From an uncultured delta proteobacterium (GTDB taxonomy: Bacteria > Desulfobacterota > Binatia > Binatales > Binataceae), in contig CAWKKB010000013.1 in the NCBI GenBank assembly GCA_963850125.1, positions 112,280 through 176,279 of the forward strand: a stretch of DNA of 64,000 bases. The letters run 5' to 3'. Each line of letters starts with the position of its first letter. The stretch's first letter is position 1. Below the pieces are notes generated by a model. That model saw only the letters and a program-made list of their open reading frames with translations, searched no databases and was not told where the DNA came from. The position numbers and the translations under genes were made by a program. Shown here piece after piece: positions 1-9,387 of the stretch.

Positions 1-209
1 GTGGAGAATTCGCTCTCGCGTCCCGGCGGAATCGGCACGCACAAATCGCCGCGGCAGATTCCCTCCGGCTTAAGCTCCCATCCTCCGAGCTGCTTCAACT
101 CAGCCGTGTCGAGCCAGAGCGAATTCGAGTCCACGATTGCGCGCTCGAATTGGAGGGGCTGGTCGTCGTGAATGATCGTAGCGGCGGCCGGCTTCGATTC
201 GGTTGTCAT
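1..209 (-). CDS. Partial CDS running off the window start; only the N-terminal 69 aa are visible (MTTESKPAAATIIHDDQPLQFERAIVDSNSLWLDTAELKQLGGWELKPEGICRGDLCVPIP...). Function unknown.
   Basis: Hand translation of the minus strand. ATG at 209-207 is preceded by GGGGAGGAAGACGCG (a GGAGG Shine-Dalgarno about 9 nt upstream). It lies 19 bp downstream of the pepN stop on the same strand. It is absent from the ORF track because no stop codon falls in the window. Confidence 0.35.
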   Translation of the reverse strand, partial: MTTESKPAAATIIHDDQPLQFERAIVDSNSLWLDTAELKQLGGWELKPEGICRGDLCVPIPPGRESEFS

Positions 210-227
210 CGCGTCTTCCTCCCCGGT

Positions 228-2795
228 TCAACCTTTGAGCGTAGCCTGCAGGTTTTTGCCCTCTCGTCGCCGGAATCCGACAGCAACGCTCAGGCGCTCG
301 AGGTGTTGATCGATTATTTTGCCACCGAGGCGCACACGATGCTCGGCGAAGAACTTCTTGACCTCGTCCTCGCGATCGAGCAGCGCGACCACGGCTTCGC
401 ACATCCGCGGCAGCGCGTTATCCGGATATTTTTGAATCATTTCGTCCCAATGCGCGCGGGCGAAGTCCCACGCCGCGTACCGGCACACGGGGTTGAGCAG
501 CAGCGAATGCATCAGGTACGGCGCGTTCTGCGTTCGCACCTCGCCGTCGATCGTCATCTGCATGGTTTTTTCGAGCAGCTCGCGATCGCGGAAATTAGCC
601 AGCGCAAACAGGTAGCGCTGCTCTTCCTGCGGCGTGCGCGGCGCCTTGAACTTTCGCTTGAACTCCTCGTAGCGCTTGGCGTCGCCCGAGTACGCGAGGA
701 TATTCACCAGCGCCGGCATCAGGTCGCGGTCCGCCGACTCGGGATTGTCCTCGAAGCGCGCATATAGATCACGCGCGCGCTTTTGCACTTCAGGATCGTC
801 GCCCAGCGTGCCGAGCGTGCCTATAAGCGTGCCGCGCAACTGGCGCACCAGCTCGCTCTCGCCGGGCTTTGGCTCCCATCCGAGACGTGCGGCGGCGGGA
901 CCGACAATCTCGCGCACCGTCGCCGCGAGCACGGGACGGTCCGCGTCGGACGCGATCATGTCGAGATATGCAAACGCGCCGATCAGCGCGCGCCAGACGT
1001 TGATGTCGGTCTCGTTGGTGAACAGCCGCGCCATCTTGAGGAACTCGCTGAGCGGGCCGAGCCCCGCGACGGTTGCCGCCCAGGTATCGCTGACGAGCCC
1101 GAAGCGTTCGATCGGCTGGATCGCGCTGAGATTCTTCGTGAGCGACGCGAGTAGATCAGGCGCGTAATGCACGCGATAGAAGCCGTGGCCACCTTCGTTC
1201 AGCAGCGCCCATTCGAGCTTCCCCGGGAGCTCCAGGGTCGTCTCGCGAGTGGTTAGCAAAACCTTATGCCTCGAGACGCCCTTGTCGGTCTTCGCCCGAA
1301 CCATCACGGGCACATGCCAAAGCTGATCGTTGTCTTCGGCGAGGTAGAAGAAGCGGCGCTGCGAGATCTTCAGTCCACGACCATCGGCAGACGGCGACGC
1401 GTCGATAATCGGAAAGCCGGGCTGAAAGATCCACGAGTCCATCATCTTGCGCGCGGGCTCGCGCGACGCGCTCTCGAGCGCGTCCCACAGGTCACTGGTC
1501 TCGGTATTGTTGAACTGGTGCTTCTTCAGGTAGAGGCGAATCCCGTCGCGAAAAACGTCGTCGCTCAAATACTGTTCGAGCATCCGCAGCACCGCCGCGC
1601 CCTTCTCATAGGTCAGGATGTCGAACATAGCGCGGCAGTCCTCGGGACTGCGCACATCGTATTCGATTGGGCGCGTGCTTCGCAGCCCGTCGATCGACAT
1701 CGCCGCAGCGCGCGAAACGCTGAAACTCTCCCATCGCTTCCACTCCGGCTTCCACGCGTCGACCGCCAGCATTTCCATGAAGGTCGCGAACGCTTCGTTC
1801 AGCCAGATGCCGTTCCACCATCGCATCGTAACGAGATCGCCGAACCACATGTGCGCGTTTTCGTGCGACACCACGTCTGCGACGCGCTCGAGCTCGGCGC
1901 GCGACGCGGTCTTCTCATCGGCGAGCAACGCGGTCTCGCGAAACGTGATCGCGCCGAGATTTTCCATCGCACCCGAGGCGAAATCGGGAATCGCGATCAG
2001 GTCGAGCTTGTCGCCCGGATACTTGAGGCCGTAATAGTCAGCGAAATATTTGAGCGAGAACGCGCCGATCTGCTTCGCCCAACTGGTCAGCGACTCCTTG
2101 CCGGGAACATGGACGATGCGCAGCGGCGTGCCCGCGTCGACCGGCGCGGTCGCGTCGAACTCGCCGACGATGAACGCGACGAGATAGGTGGACATCGCGA
2201 TCGTCTCCTTGAAGACGACCTCTTTCTTGCCGCCCTGCAGCTTGCGCTCGCTTTCCTGACCGCCGTTCGAAATGGCAGCGAGGTTTTCGTCCACGACCAG
2301 CGTTACCCTGTAACTCGCCTTTATTTCCGGCTCGTCCCAGCACGGAAATGCGCGGCGCGCGTCGGTGGATTCGAATTGCGTGGTCGCTGCGACGTGAGTC
2401 TTGCCGGAAGCGTCCTGGTACTGGCTGCGATAAAAGCCGTGCAGTTTGTCGTTCAGGATTCCGCGAAACGCAATCTTCAGCGTCCATTCACCGGGCGAGA
2501 GTTTCTCGCTGAATCGAAGATGCGCGCGCTCTTTGGCCGGTTCGAGCTCCGCCTTCGCGGCAAGAGATTTCCCGGCACGCTCCGCAGTCACCTTGTCGAT
2601 TTCCAGCTCGAGCGCATTCAGCACGACGTCGTCGGTCGCTCCGTTGACGACGACCGCAATATTCACTTCGCCCTGAAACGTGAACGCCTCGAGGTCCGGC
2701 GTCAGCCGAATTTCGTAGCGTCTGGGCGTGACGTTTTTCGGCAGGCGATAGTCCTGCGTGGTGTCGGCGAGGGGAGCTCCATCCTGATCGCGCAT
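228..2795 (-). CDS. pepN: Aminopeptidase N (M1 family zinc metallopeptidase)
   Basis: 855 aa. HEXXH-(18)-E zinc motif HENAHMWFGDLVTMRWWNGIWLNEAF and a GAMEN-like GAMENLG motif. N-terminus YRLPKNVTPRRYEIRL is typical of PepN. Confidence 0.9.
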   Translation of the reverse strand: MRDQDGAPLADTTQDYRLPKNVTPRRYEIRLTPDLEAFTFQGEVNIAVVVNGATDDVVLNALELEIDKVTAERAGKSLAAKAELEPAKERAHLRFSEKLSPGEWTLKIAFRGILNDKLHGFYRSQYQDASGKTHVAATTQFESTDARRAFPCWDEPEIKASYRVTLVVDENLAAISNGGQESERKLQGGKKEVVFKETIAMSTYLVAFIVGEFDATAPVDAGTPLRIVHVPGKESLTSWAKQIGAFSLKYFADYYGLKYPGDKLDLIAIPDFASGAMENLGAITFRETALLADEKTASRAELERVADVVSHENAHMWFGDLVTMRWWNGIWLNEAFATFMEMLAVDAWKPEWKRWESFSVSRAAAMSIDGLRSTRPIEYDVRSPEDCRAMFDILTYEKGAAVLRMLEQYLSDDVFRDGIRLYLKKHQFNNTETSDLWDALESASREPARKMMDSWIFQPGFPIIDASPSADGRGLKISQRRFFYLAEDNDQLWHVPVMVRAKTDKGVSRHKVLLTTRETTLELPGKLEWALLNEGGHGFYRVHYAPDLLASLTKNLSAIQPIERFGLVSDTWAATVAGLGPLSEFLKMARLFTNETDINVWRALIGAFAYLDMIASDADRPVLAATVREIVGPAAARLGWEPKPGESELVRQLRGTLIGTLGTLGDDPEVQKRARDLYARFEDNPESADRDLMPALVNILAYSGDAKRYEEFKRKFKAPRTPQEEQRYLFALANFRDRELLEKTMQMTIDGEVRTQNAPYLMHSLLLNPVCRYAAWDFARAHWDEMIQKYPDNALPRMCEAVVALLDREDEVKKFFAEHRVRLGGKIIDQHLERLSVAVGFRRREGKNLQATLKG

Positions 2796-2905
2796 CTGAT
2801 GATCTCTCTTCTTTATAGGTGCAGTCGCGTTGGAGGTGAAAAAATTGCGGGACGTACGCCCGCTTCAAGTTAGCCTAGTTCAAACTGCTTCAGTGCGCGA
2901 GCAAT

Positions 2906-3454
2906 TTATTCGCCGGCGAGCCGGAGCGGACGCTCCATCCATACCACGTCCCAGTAGCGGTTGAATTTGCGGCCGCATTCGGTGAAGACGCCCACGTCGG
3001 TGAAGCCGAACTTTCGATGCAGCTTGATCGACGCCTCGTTGGGAAGCGTGATTCCTCCCAGCAGGCGATTGATGTCCTCGTTCTTTAGCGCATCGAAAAG
3101 CGCTCGATACAGCATCGCGCCGATTCCCCGTCCGGTCGCGTCATGAGCACAGTAAATCGACGTCTCGGCGCTGGTGTCGTACGCCGCCTTGTTGCGAAAT
3201 GGCCCAGTGCACGCGTAGCCGACGACACGGCCCGCGTCTTCAGCGACCAGCATACGATGGCGCTTCGAGCCAGTATGCTCTTCGAACCATCCTGCGCGCT
3301 GCTCGGGAGAGACCGGCTCGAGGTCAAACGTAATCGGCGTGTTGATGATGTAGTAGTTGTAAATTTCGGTCAGGCGCGGAAGATCGTCGCGGGTTGCAGG
3401 CCGAATCTTTACGTCCGGCATGAAGCTGGTCTCCTGGTTACGAAGTTTAGCCAA
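2906..3454 (-). CDS. GNAT family N-acetyltransferase (phosphinothricin-acetyltransferase-like)
   Basis: 182 aa. IRPATRDDLPRLTEIYNYYI N-terminus; acetyl-CoA binding region RGIGAMLYRALFDAL; typical GNAT size. Confidence 0.75.
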   Translation of the reverse strand: MAKLRNQETSFMPDVKIRPATRDDLPRLTEIYNYYIINTPITFDLEPVSPEQRAGWFEEHTGSKRHRMLVAEDAGRVVGYACTGPFRNKAAYDTSAETSIYCAHDATGRGIGAMLYRALFDALKNEDINRLLGGITLPNEASIKLHRKFGFTDVGVFTECGRKFNRYWDVVWMERPLRLAGE

Positions 3455-3484
3455 ATCACAGGCAACGCCAGATGCAAAGTTGGA

Positions 3485-4345
3485 TCAAGCAGCAAGTTTG
3501 TCCTTCGCGAGATTGGCGAACGTGATCAGTTCGATTCCATTTCGAACGATCGCATTGTGTACGCGCGGACTGGTAAGAATCTCGACCTCGAGCTGCGCTG
3601 CGGCGGCGGGCGGGATACCACCGACATCGGCCGCGGGATGGAAATACAGCTCGGTGGTGCCGTCGCGGATTCGATCGATCACCCCCACCACGTAGTCCTC
3701 GCTCAGGTTCCCACTCTGATGAAGTCCAAACAACGCGTCGGTCGAAGTGAGGCCGCGCTCCGTCATCATGCGGCGCGTTCGGCGCGACAGCGTGCGAAAA
3801 ATGGCCGACTCGACCAGCTTGCGCGTCGCGTTGTCGCGGCGCAGCCGCAGCGTCGTCATCACGCGCTCGCGCGGGAGCCTGATGCACGGCACTTTGTATT
3901 CGACGGCGAGGTTGACGAGAATATCGGCGAACAGCGGATGGACGTGGAAGTTCAGGTGGCCGTCGATATGATTGAGGTAACCGACCAGCTCGAGATGCCG
4001 CTCGACTTGCGCGCGCAACTCGTCGGTCATCGCGGTGCGCAGCGATCGGTCGAAGAAATATCGCATCCCCGCGGCTACCGGACTGTCGATGAAATCACCC
4101 GATGCGCCCACTGCGGCACCGAGTCGCGAGCCATCGAGGAGGCTGCGTCCACGGCAGACGACCGCATGCAGACCGACGTCGAGCTCTGGATTGTCGCGCG
4201 CAAGTTCAGCGGCAGCGCGCGCGGCGGGCTCCGCGACCATCAGGCTCGCACTACGCAAAATCCCGTCGCGATGCGCCCGCGTGATACCGGCGTTGACCTC
4301 GGACGACAGGCCGAAGTCGTCGGCGTTGACGATGAGGCGCTTCAA
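3485..4345 (-). CDS. hpnK: YdjC/ChbG-family carbohydrate deacetylase, HpnK-like (hopanoid-associated)
   Basis: 286 aa. N-terminal MKRLIVNADDFGLS is the YdjC family signature. Adjacent to hpnG inside the hopanoid cluster. Confidence 0.65.
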   Translation of the reverse strand: MKRLIVNADDFGLSSEVNAGITRAHRDGILRSASLMVAEPAARAAAELARDNPELDVGLHAVVCRGRSLLDGSRLGAAVGASGDFIDSPVAAGMRYFFDRSLRTAMTDELRAQVERHLELVGYLNHIDGHLNFHVHPLFADILVNLAVEYKVPCIRLPRERVMTTLRLRRDNATRKLVESAIFRTLSRRTRRMMTERGLTSTDALFGLHQSGNLSEDYVVGVIDRIRDGTTELYFHPAADVGGIPPAAAAQLEVEILTSPRVHNAIVRNGIELITFANLAKDKLAA

Positions 4346-4445
4346 ACCGCGGCACCGCGATTATCGAAGAACACGGGCTCGATTTTGCTAGTATCGAGCG
4401 GCTCACTCAAGCGTCACTTGGCAATGTTAAAATGAGACCGCGGGA

Positions 4446-5246
4446 TTGATTCTTCTCTTCTATGCCTTCGCGCGCGAGATCGCGCCTTTCAAGCGGCGCC
4501 AGAGCCAACGTGCTCCGCTCGCGATCGACGGCCTCCATGGCTTCCGTGCGGAGATCGGCGGCAAAGAGTTCGCGGTCGTCGGCCACGGAATCGGGCATCG
4601 CCGCGCAACTGAAACCGCGCGCCGTGCGTTGGATTCGATACCCGGCGCCGAATTGGTAATTGGGACCGGCGTCGTCGGAGCGCTATCGAGCGGACTGAAG
4701 CCGGGCGACCTCGTCCTCTCCGACCGCATACTGACGATTGATAGCGACGGGAAGGTCGAACCCGCGATAGTTGTCAGCGACTCGCATCTGCGCGCGGTTG
4801 GCCGATCGCTCTCGAGCGCTGGCATCGCGTATTCGACCGGCGCGATTCTGACGTCGCATCGCGTACTCGCAACCGGCGCCGAAAAGCGACGCGCCAAGGA
4901 AACCACCGGCGCGATCGCGGTCGACATGGAATCCGCCGCGATCGCGGCAGAAGCCGCCGCGCGCGGACTGCCATTCCTCGCGATCCGCGCAGTGCTCGAC
5001 GAAGTCGACGACGAAGTAGTGGGAGCAGAGATGGCCGACGCCGAGGGCAACGTGCGGCCGCTTGCCGCAACGTCGTACCTGATTCGCAATCCGGCGACGA
5101 TGCTGAAGCTGCCGCGGATGATTCGAAATCTCTCGCGCGCGACGACGGCGATCGCCGACGCACTCACGGCGATCGCGCACGACGGCCAGGCTCCTGCCGG
5201 TGCTACGCGTGCTCACGCGCCGGCGGCGCGAAAGCGCCAGCGCTGA
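4446..5246 (+). CDS. hpnG: Hopanoid-associated phosphorylase/nucleosidase of the PNP_UDP_1 family (HpnG-like; removes adenine from adenosylhopane)
   Basis: 266 aa. MTA/SAH-nucleosidase-like motifs: GHGIGHRRA, and DMESAAIAAEAAARGLPFLAIRAVLD resembling the DMESAA..IRAISD block. Location in the hopanoid cluster. Confidence 0.7.
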   Translation: MILLFYAFAREIAPFKRRQSQRAPLAIDGLHGFRAEIGGKEFAVVGHGIGHRRATETARRALDSIPGAELVIGTGVVGALSSGLKPGDLVLSDRILTIDSDGKVEPAIVVSDSHLRAVGRSLSSAGIAYSTGAILTSHRVLATGAEKRRAKETTGAIAVDMESAAIAAEAAARGLPFLAIRAVLDEVDDEVVGAEMADAEGNVRPLAATSYLIRNPATMLKLPRMIRNLSRATTAIADALTAIAHDGQAPAGATRAHAPAARKRQR

Positions 5247-5997
5247 ATCCGCCGTCGATCGGCACTGCGACGCCGGTGATGAACCCCGCTTCATCCGACG
5301 CCAGGAACGCCGCCAGCGCGCCGACCTCCTCGGGCTTTCCGTTGCGCCCGAGCGGATGCATGTTGCCGGTGCGCTCCCAGAGTAACTGCGACGCGCCGGC
5401 GGGTACCGTGTTGCAGTTCTCGGCGATCGGCGTCTCGATCACGCCGGGGCAGATCGACACGCAGCGAATGTTGTGGCGCGCGAAGTCGAGCGCGATTCCC
5501 TTCGACATGATCACCACCCCGCCCTTCGCCGCCTGGTAGGCGCCGAGATTCGGTACGCCCTCGATGCCCGCGCCGCTGGCGGTGTTGATGATCACGCCGC
5601 CGCCCTGCTTGATCATTTGCGGGATCGCATACTTGCAGCCAAAGAACACGCCCTTCAGGCACACGTCCACGACCCAGTCCCACTCTTCCTCGCTCGTGTC
5701 CACCACGGTTTTGGGCACGAAGACGCCGGCGTTGTTGAACAGGATGTCGAGGCGGCCGAACGCGCGAATCGTTTCATTGACCATGCGCTCGACTTCGGCG
5801 CCGACGCGCACGTCAACCGAGACTGACTTCGCAACGCCGCCGGCTTTCTCGATTTCAGCCGCGGTATTGCTCGCCGATTCCGCGCGTACGTCGGCGATCA
5901 TCACCTTCGCGCCTTCGCGAGCGAATCGAAGCGCGCTGGCGCGCCCGATTCCTGAACCCGCGCCTGTGATCAACGCAACCTTGTCCTTGAGCAGCAT
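5203..5997 (-). CDS. Short-chain dehydrogenase/reductase (SDR, 3-oxoacyl-ACP-reductase-like)
   Basis: 264 aa. TGAGSGIGRA Rossmann motif, NNAG motif, and catalytic YxxxK (YQAAK). Confidence 0.8.
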   Translation of the reverse strand: MLLKDKVALITGAGSGIGRASALRFAREGAKVMIADVRAESASNTAAEIEKAGGVAKSVSVDVRVGAEVERMVNETIRAFGRLDILFNNAGVFVPKTVVDTSEEEWDWVVDVCLKGVFFGCKYAIPQMIKQGGGVIINTASGAGIEGVPNLGAYQAAKGGVVIMSKGIALDFARHNIRCVSICPGVIETPIAENCNTVPAGASQLLWERTGNMHPLGRNGKPEEVGALAAFLASDEAGFITGVAVPIDGGFSAGAFAPPAREHA

Positions 5998-6077
5998 GAT
6001 GGTTCACCTCTGTCGACGTGATCGTATCGCGACCATCGACGCTTGCCACACTCGGCGAAAATTTGGAAGCGCTCCAA

Positions 6078-6983
6078 CTAGGCGGTGACAGGAAGACGCT
6101 CAGGCGTGTGCGCGCTCGATGGCTTCCAGACAGGAAGATCCCGCACGTAAGGGAAGTCCGCCAGATGGCGTTCGAGTGCGGCGGCGTCGCCCCACGACTC
6201 GTGTCGGGTGAGAACATGAATCGCCAGCACCGTGAACGGCAGATAGATGAAAACCGCCGCCCATCCAATATTCGGCGCATTGATGCGAAACAGCATCGTG
6301 ATTCCGAAAATCACGATCCCCGCGTAAAGCAGCGGACCAAGCAGCGCGCGCGAACGCATCGCGGGAATCGAGCCGGCCGGCTTCACCGAACCGCGATTGA
6401 GGGCGGCGTCGAGCCACTGGAAAATCGCAATCGTGATCGCGGCGACGAAGTACCATCCCAGGTAGTTGCTGATCGGCACGCCGAAATGCGGACCCGGAGG
6501 GTCGTACCAGAAAATTTTGCCGAGGAACCATCGATCGCCGAGCACGCTCAACGGATCGACGACCATGTCCACCATCACCATGAACAGCGCCGCCATCAGC
6601 CAGACTCGCGGCGCGCGGCGGATTTTCCATGTGTCGAGAATTCGGACGTCAGTACCGCGCCGATACAAAGGCGAACTGAGCAAGAGCGCGACGGTGTAAC
6701 TGGCGAACGCGAGAAAGGTGAACGACAGCGAGTCCATGAACGGGACGCCGAAAACCCAAATCTCGCGCGCGCGGGTCGCGTCGATATAATGATAAAGCCC
6801 GAAGGGGAATCCGTTGTGCACTGAAGACCATTCGCACGCAAGCGATACGGCGTAGGTCAGCACCGTGAACAGAAGCGTCGTGCGCAAACCGAAGTTCACG
6901 ATCGCGATAAACAGAAAGCTCGCAAGGAAGATGAACACGTACGGGCGCAGCGCGATGGTGGATAGCAGGAGATGCATGGCCAA
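6078..6983 (-). CDS. Polytopic integral membrane protein of unknown function, embedded in the hopanoid cluster
   Basis: 301 aa with about 8 hydrophobic segments. Stop/start nearly abut hpnA (6983/6986). Confidence 0.5.
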   Translation of the reverse strand: MAMHLLLSTIALRPYVFIFLASFLFIAIVNFGLRTTLLFTVLTYAVSLACEWSSVHNGFPFGLYHYIDATRAREIWVFGVPFMDSLSFTFLAFASYTVALLLSSPLYRRGTDVRILDTWKIRRAPRVWLMAALFMVMVDMVVDPLSVLGDRWFLGKIFWYDPPGPHFGVPISNYLGWYFVAAITIAIFQWLDAALNRGSVKPAGSIPAMRSRALLGPLLYAGIVIFGITMLFRINAPNIGWAAVFIYLPFTVLAIHVLTRHESWGDAAALERHLADFPYVRDLPVWKPSSAHTPERLPVTA

Positions 6984-6985
6984 GC

Positions 6986-7990
6986 CTACGCGGCGCTCTT
7001 CGCCGTCCCTCTCGATCTGAAAAATTCTATCGCGGCAGCAATCGCGGCGTCGATCGGTCCCGGCGAATAGCCCAACTCGACACGTGCCTTTGACGAGTCA
7101 AAGAACATTCGCTTTCGCGCCATTCGGACCTCGGTCAGGCTGGCGCGCGGCGCACGGCGCGTGACTGTGCGCGCAAACGCTTCGGCGCCGAGTGCGTAAC
7201 CGAACGCAACCGCGTACGGAATTCTCATCTTCGGCGCCGGCATTCCGGAAATCGCCGCGAGCCGCCCGAGAAATTCCTTGAGCGTGAGATTTTCGCCGCC
7301 GAGAATATATTTCTCACCGATTCGGCCCCGCTCTGCCGCCAGCAGGTGACCTCGCGCAACATCTTCGACGTCGACGATATTGAGCCCGGTCTCCACGTAC
7401 GCAGGCATCCGCCGATTCAGAAAATCCACGATGATTCTGCCTGTCGGCGTCGGCTTGAAGTCGAGCGCGCCAACCGGCGTCGACGGGTTCACGATCACCA
7501 CCGGCGCGCCCGCGCGCGCGGCCTCGAGCGCCGCTTGCTCCGCCATGTACTTCGATCGCTTGTAATGACCGGGCATGGTGGCGAGCGACGACGGCGTGTC
7601 CTCGCGCCCCACACCGCCGTGCGGAATCCCGAGGGCGCCGACCGTACTTGTATAAACGATTCGCGAAACTCCCGCTCCGGTTGCGGCGCGAATAACGTGC
7701 TCGGTACCGTCGACGTTGGTCGCATACATCGGCGCTGGATCCGTCAGCCACAGCCGATAGTCCGCGGCGACGTGATAAACCTCGTTGCATCCGTTCACCG
7801 CGCCCTCGACCGAATCGAAGTACCGGAGATCGCCGCGCACAATCTCAACCGGTATGCCACCCAGCGCGCTCAAATCGGCATTCTCCCGTGCCAGCACCCG
7901 CACGCGATCCCCGCGGGCGATGAGGGCGCGCACGACGTGGCATCCCACGAATCCGTTGCCGCCGGTGACCAGTGCTAACTTGGTACTCAT
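6986..7990 (-). CDS. hpnA: NAD-dependent nucleoside-diphosphate-sugar epimerase/dehydratase, HpnA-like
   Basis: 334 aa. N-terminal LVTGGNGFVGCHVVRALIARG Rossmann motif and YxxxK (YKRSK). Conserved position next to hpnCDE. Confidence 0.75.
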   Translation of the reverse strand: MSTKLALVTGGNGFVGCHVVRALIARGDRVRVLARENADLSALGGIPVEIVRGDLRYFDSVEGAVNGCNEVYHVAADYRLWLTDPAPMYATNVDGTEHVIRAATGAGVSRIVYTSTVGALGIPHGGVGREDTPSSLATMPGHYKRSKYMAEQAALEAARAGAPVVIVNPSTPVGALDFKPTPTGRIIVDFLNRRMPAYVETGLNIVDVEDVARGHLLAAERGRIGEKYILGGENLTLKEFLGRLAAISGMPAPKMRIPYAVAFGYALGAEAFARTVTRRAPRASLTEVRMARKRMFFDSSKARVELGYSPGPIDAAIAAAIEFFRSRGTAKSAA

Positions 7991-8019
7991 TCGATTAGTT
8001 ATTAGCGATTAGTCAATAG

Positions 8020-9387
8020 CTATTCGGCGGACCGCGCGAGGACGGCGGCTGCTGCAGCCCGCCCCGAGATCACGGCGCTTTCAATCGTCGCCGGCAATTC
8101 TGTTTGAATCCAGTCACCGGCCAGAAAAAAGTTCGCTAGAGGCGTCTTCGCCGCCGGACGGAGCTCATGCGATCGAAGGTCCGGCGCCATCGTCGCATTC
8201 TTCTCCTTCAGCACCAGCGACTTCACGACTGTAGCCTCGCGCGACGCGGGGATCATCGTGTGCAGATCGTTAATCACGATATCGAGAATTTCCTGGTTGC
8301 TGAGATCGACCAGCTTCCGTGCGCCGCTGATGACGAAGCTCAGGTAACCCGGATGGGTCTCGCCGCGCTGCGCGAATATCTGACGTTTATTGAATAGCCA
8401 CTGAGTAGTGGTGCCGATGAAACCGGTGAATGGTGAATTAGTCACTTCGCGATCGAGCCAGACATGGACGCAGATGATTGGCGAACTCGAAAGACCCGCG
8501 AAGCGCGAGAAAAATGGGTCGGCAACTGCGTTCTCAGGCAGCAAACGGAGCAATTGCGGCGCCGGCACCGCGCTGATGAAGTCTGCCGCTTCGATTCGCC
8601 GCCCGTCGCGCAGCCGCACACTTGCGACCTTGCCGCCTGCACCCAGTTCCAGCATCTCAACAATAGAGTGCGGAACCACAGACCCGCCTGCGCGCTCGAT
8701 CAAGCGCGTTGCTCCGGTGCAGTACAGGTCGGTCAGCCCGACGCGCGAATATACGAATGCCGAGTCCCGGCGGTGGCGGGAAAAAAACGCACGCCTGAGA
8801 ACTTCAGCCAACTGCTGCGCCGAGGACGAAGCCGGCTCGTCGTTGAGCGTCGCGATCGACAGCGGATACCAGAAGCATCGGCGCGCGTGCTCCGATTGCC
8901 CGAGGTGATCCATCAGCTGCGCCACGGTGAGACGACGGAGTACGCCGTTGCCGAATCGTCTCATCACGAGCATCTGAAAACCGCCGCGCATAACATTCAG
9001 TCGCTGCGCAATACTTAGATGCCGATAGCCGAACAGCGCGGCCATCATGTGCAGAGGCCCCGGCAGTCGCAATGTTTTCAGCACTGCGCTTTGTCCGGGA
9101 CCAGCCAGCATTTCAATTTCCAAATCCTCGTGAAACACCAACTGGTCGTAGGCGCCGATCCGCTTGAGGAAGTCGAGCGTCTCGCCGTAACAACCCATCA
9201 GGACGTGCTGCCCGTTGTCGACGAAATCGCCGGTGTCGGGATCGGTAAACGAATACGCGCGGCCGCCGAGCGCGGGCTTTCCTTCGAGCACGGAGACTCG
9301 CACGCCACGCTCCGCGAGCGCGACCGCCGCGCTGAGTCCCGCGAATCCGGCGCCGATGACGACCACATGTTTCTTCGCCGATGCCAT
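8020..9387 (-). CDS. hpnE: Squalene-associated FAD-dependent desaturase/amine-oxidase-family protein (HpnE, hydroxysqualene dehydroxylase)
   Basis: 455 aa. FAD-binding VVVIGAGFAGLSAAVALAERG. Immediately downstream of hpnD in the conserved hpnC-hpnD-hpnE order. Confidence 0.8.
   Translation of the reverse strand: MASAKKHVVVIGAGFAGLSAAVALAERGVRVSVLEGKPALGGRAYSFTDPDTGDFVDNGQHVLMGCYGETLDFLKRIGAYDQLVFHEDLEIEMLAGPGQSAVLKTLRLPGPLHMMAALFGYRHLSIAQRLNVMRGGFQMLVMRRFGNGVLRRLTVAQLMDHLGQSEHARRCFWYPLSIATLNDEPASSSAQQLAEVLRRAFFSRHRRDSAFVYSRVGLTDLYCTGATRLIERAGGSVVPHSIVEMLELGAGGKVASVRLRDGRRIEAADFISAVPAPQLLRLLPENAVADPFFSRFAGLSSSPIICVHVWLDREVTNSPFTGFIGTTTQWLFNKRQIFAQRGETHPGYLSFVISGARKLVDLSNQEILDIVINDLHTMIPASREATVVKSLVLKEKNATMAPDLRSHELRPAAKTPLANFFLAGDWIQTELPATIESAVISGRAAAAAVLARSAE

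Noticed and set aside
150-2873. Long plus-strand ORFs (150..767, 1266..2873 and others) antisense to pepN, and many similar antisense ORFs across the hopanoid block (for example 11547..12380, 12571..13512, 16439..17461).
   Set aside because: Typical high-GC antisense open frames. Arg/Ala/Pro-rich compositions with no motifs. Each overlaps a strongly supported gene on the other strand.
5203-5246. 44-bp convergent overlap of the hpnG (+) and SDR (-) 3' ends.
   Set aside because: Probably real but unremarkable; either stop could lie slightly earlier. No functional inference possible.
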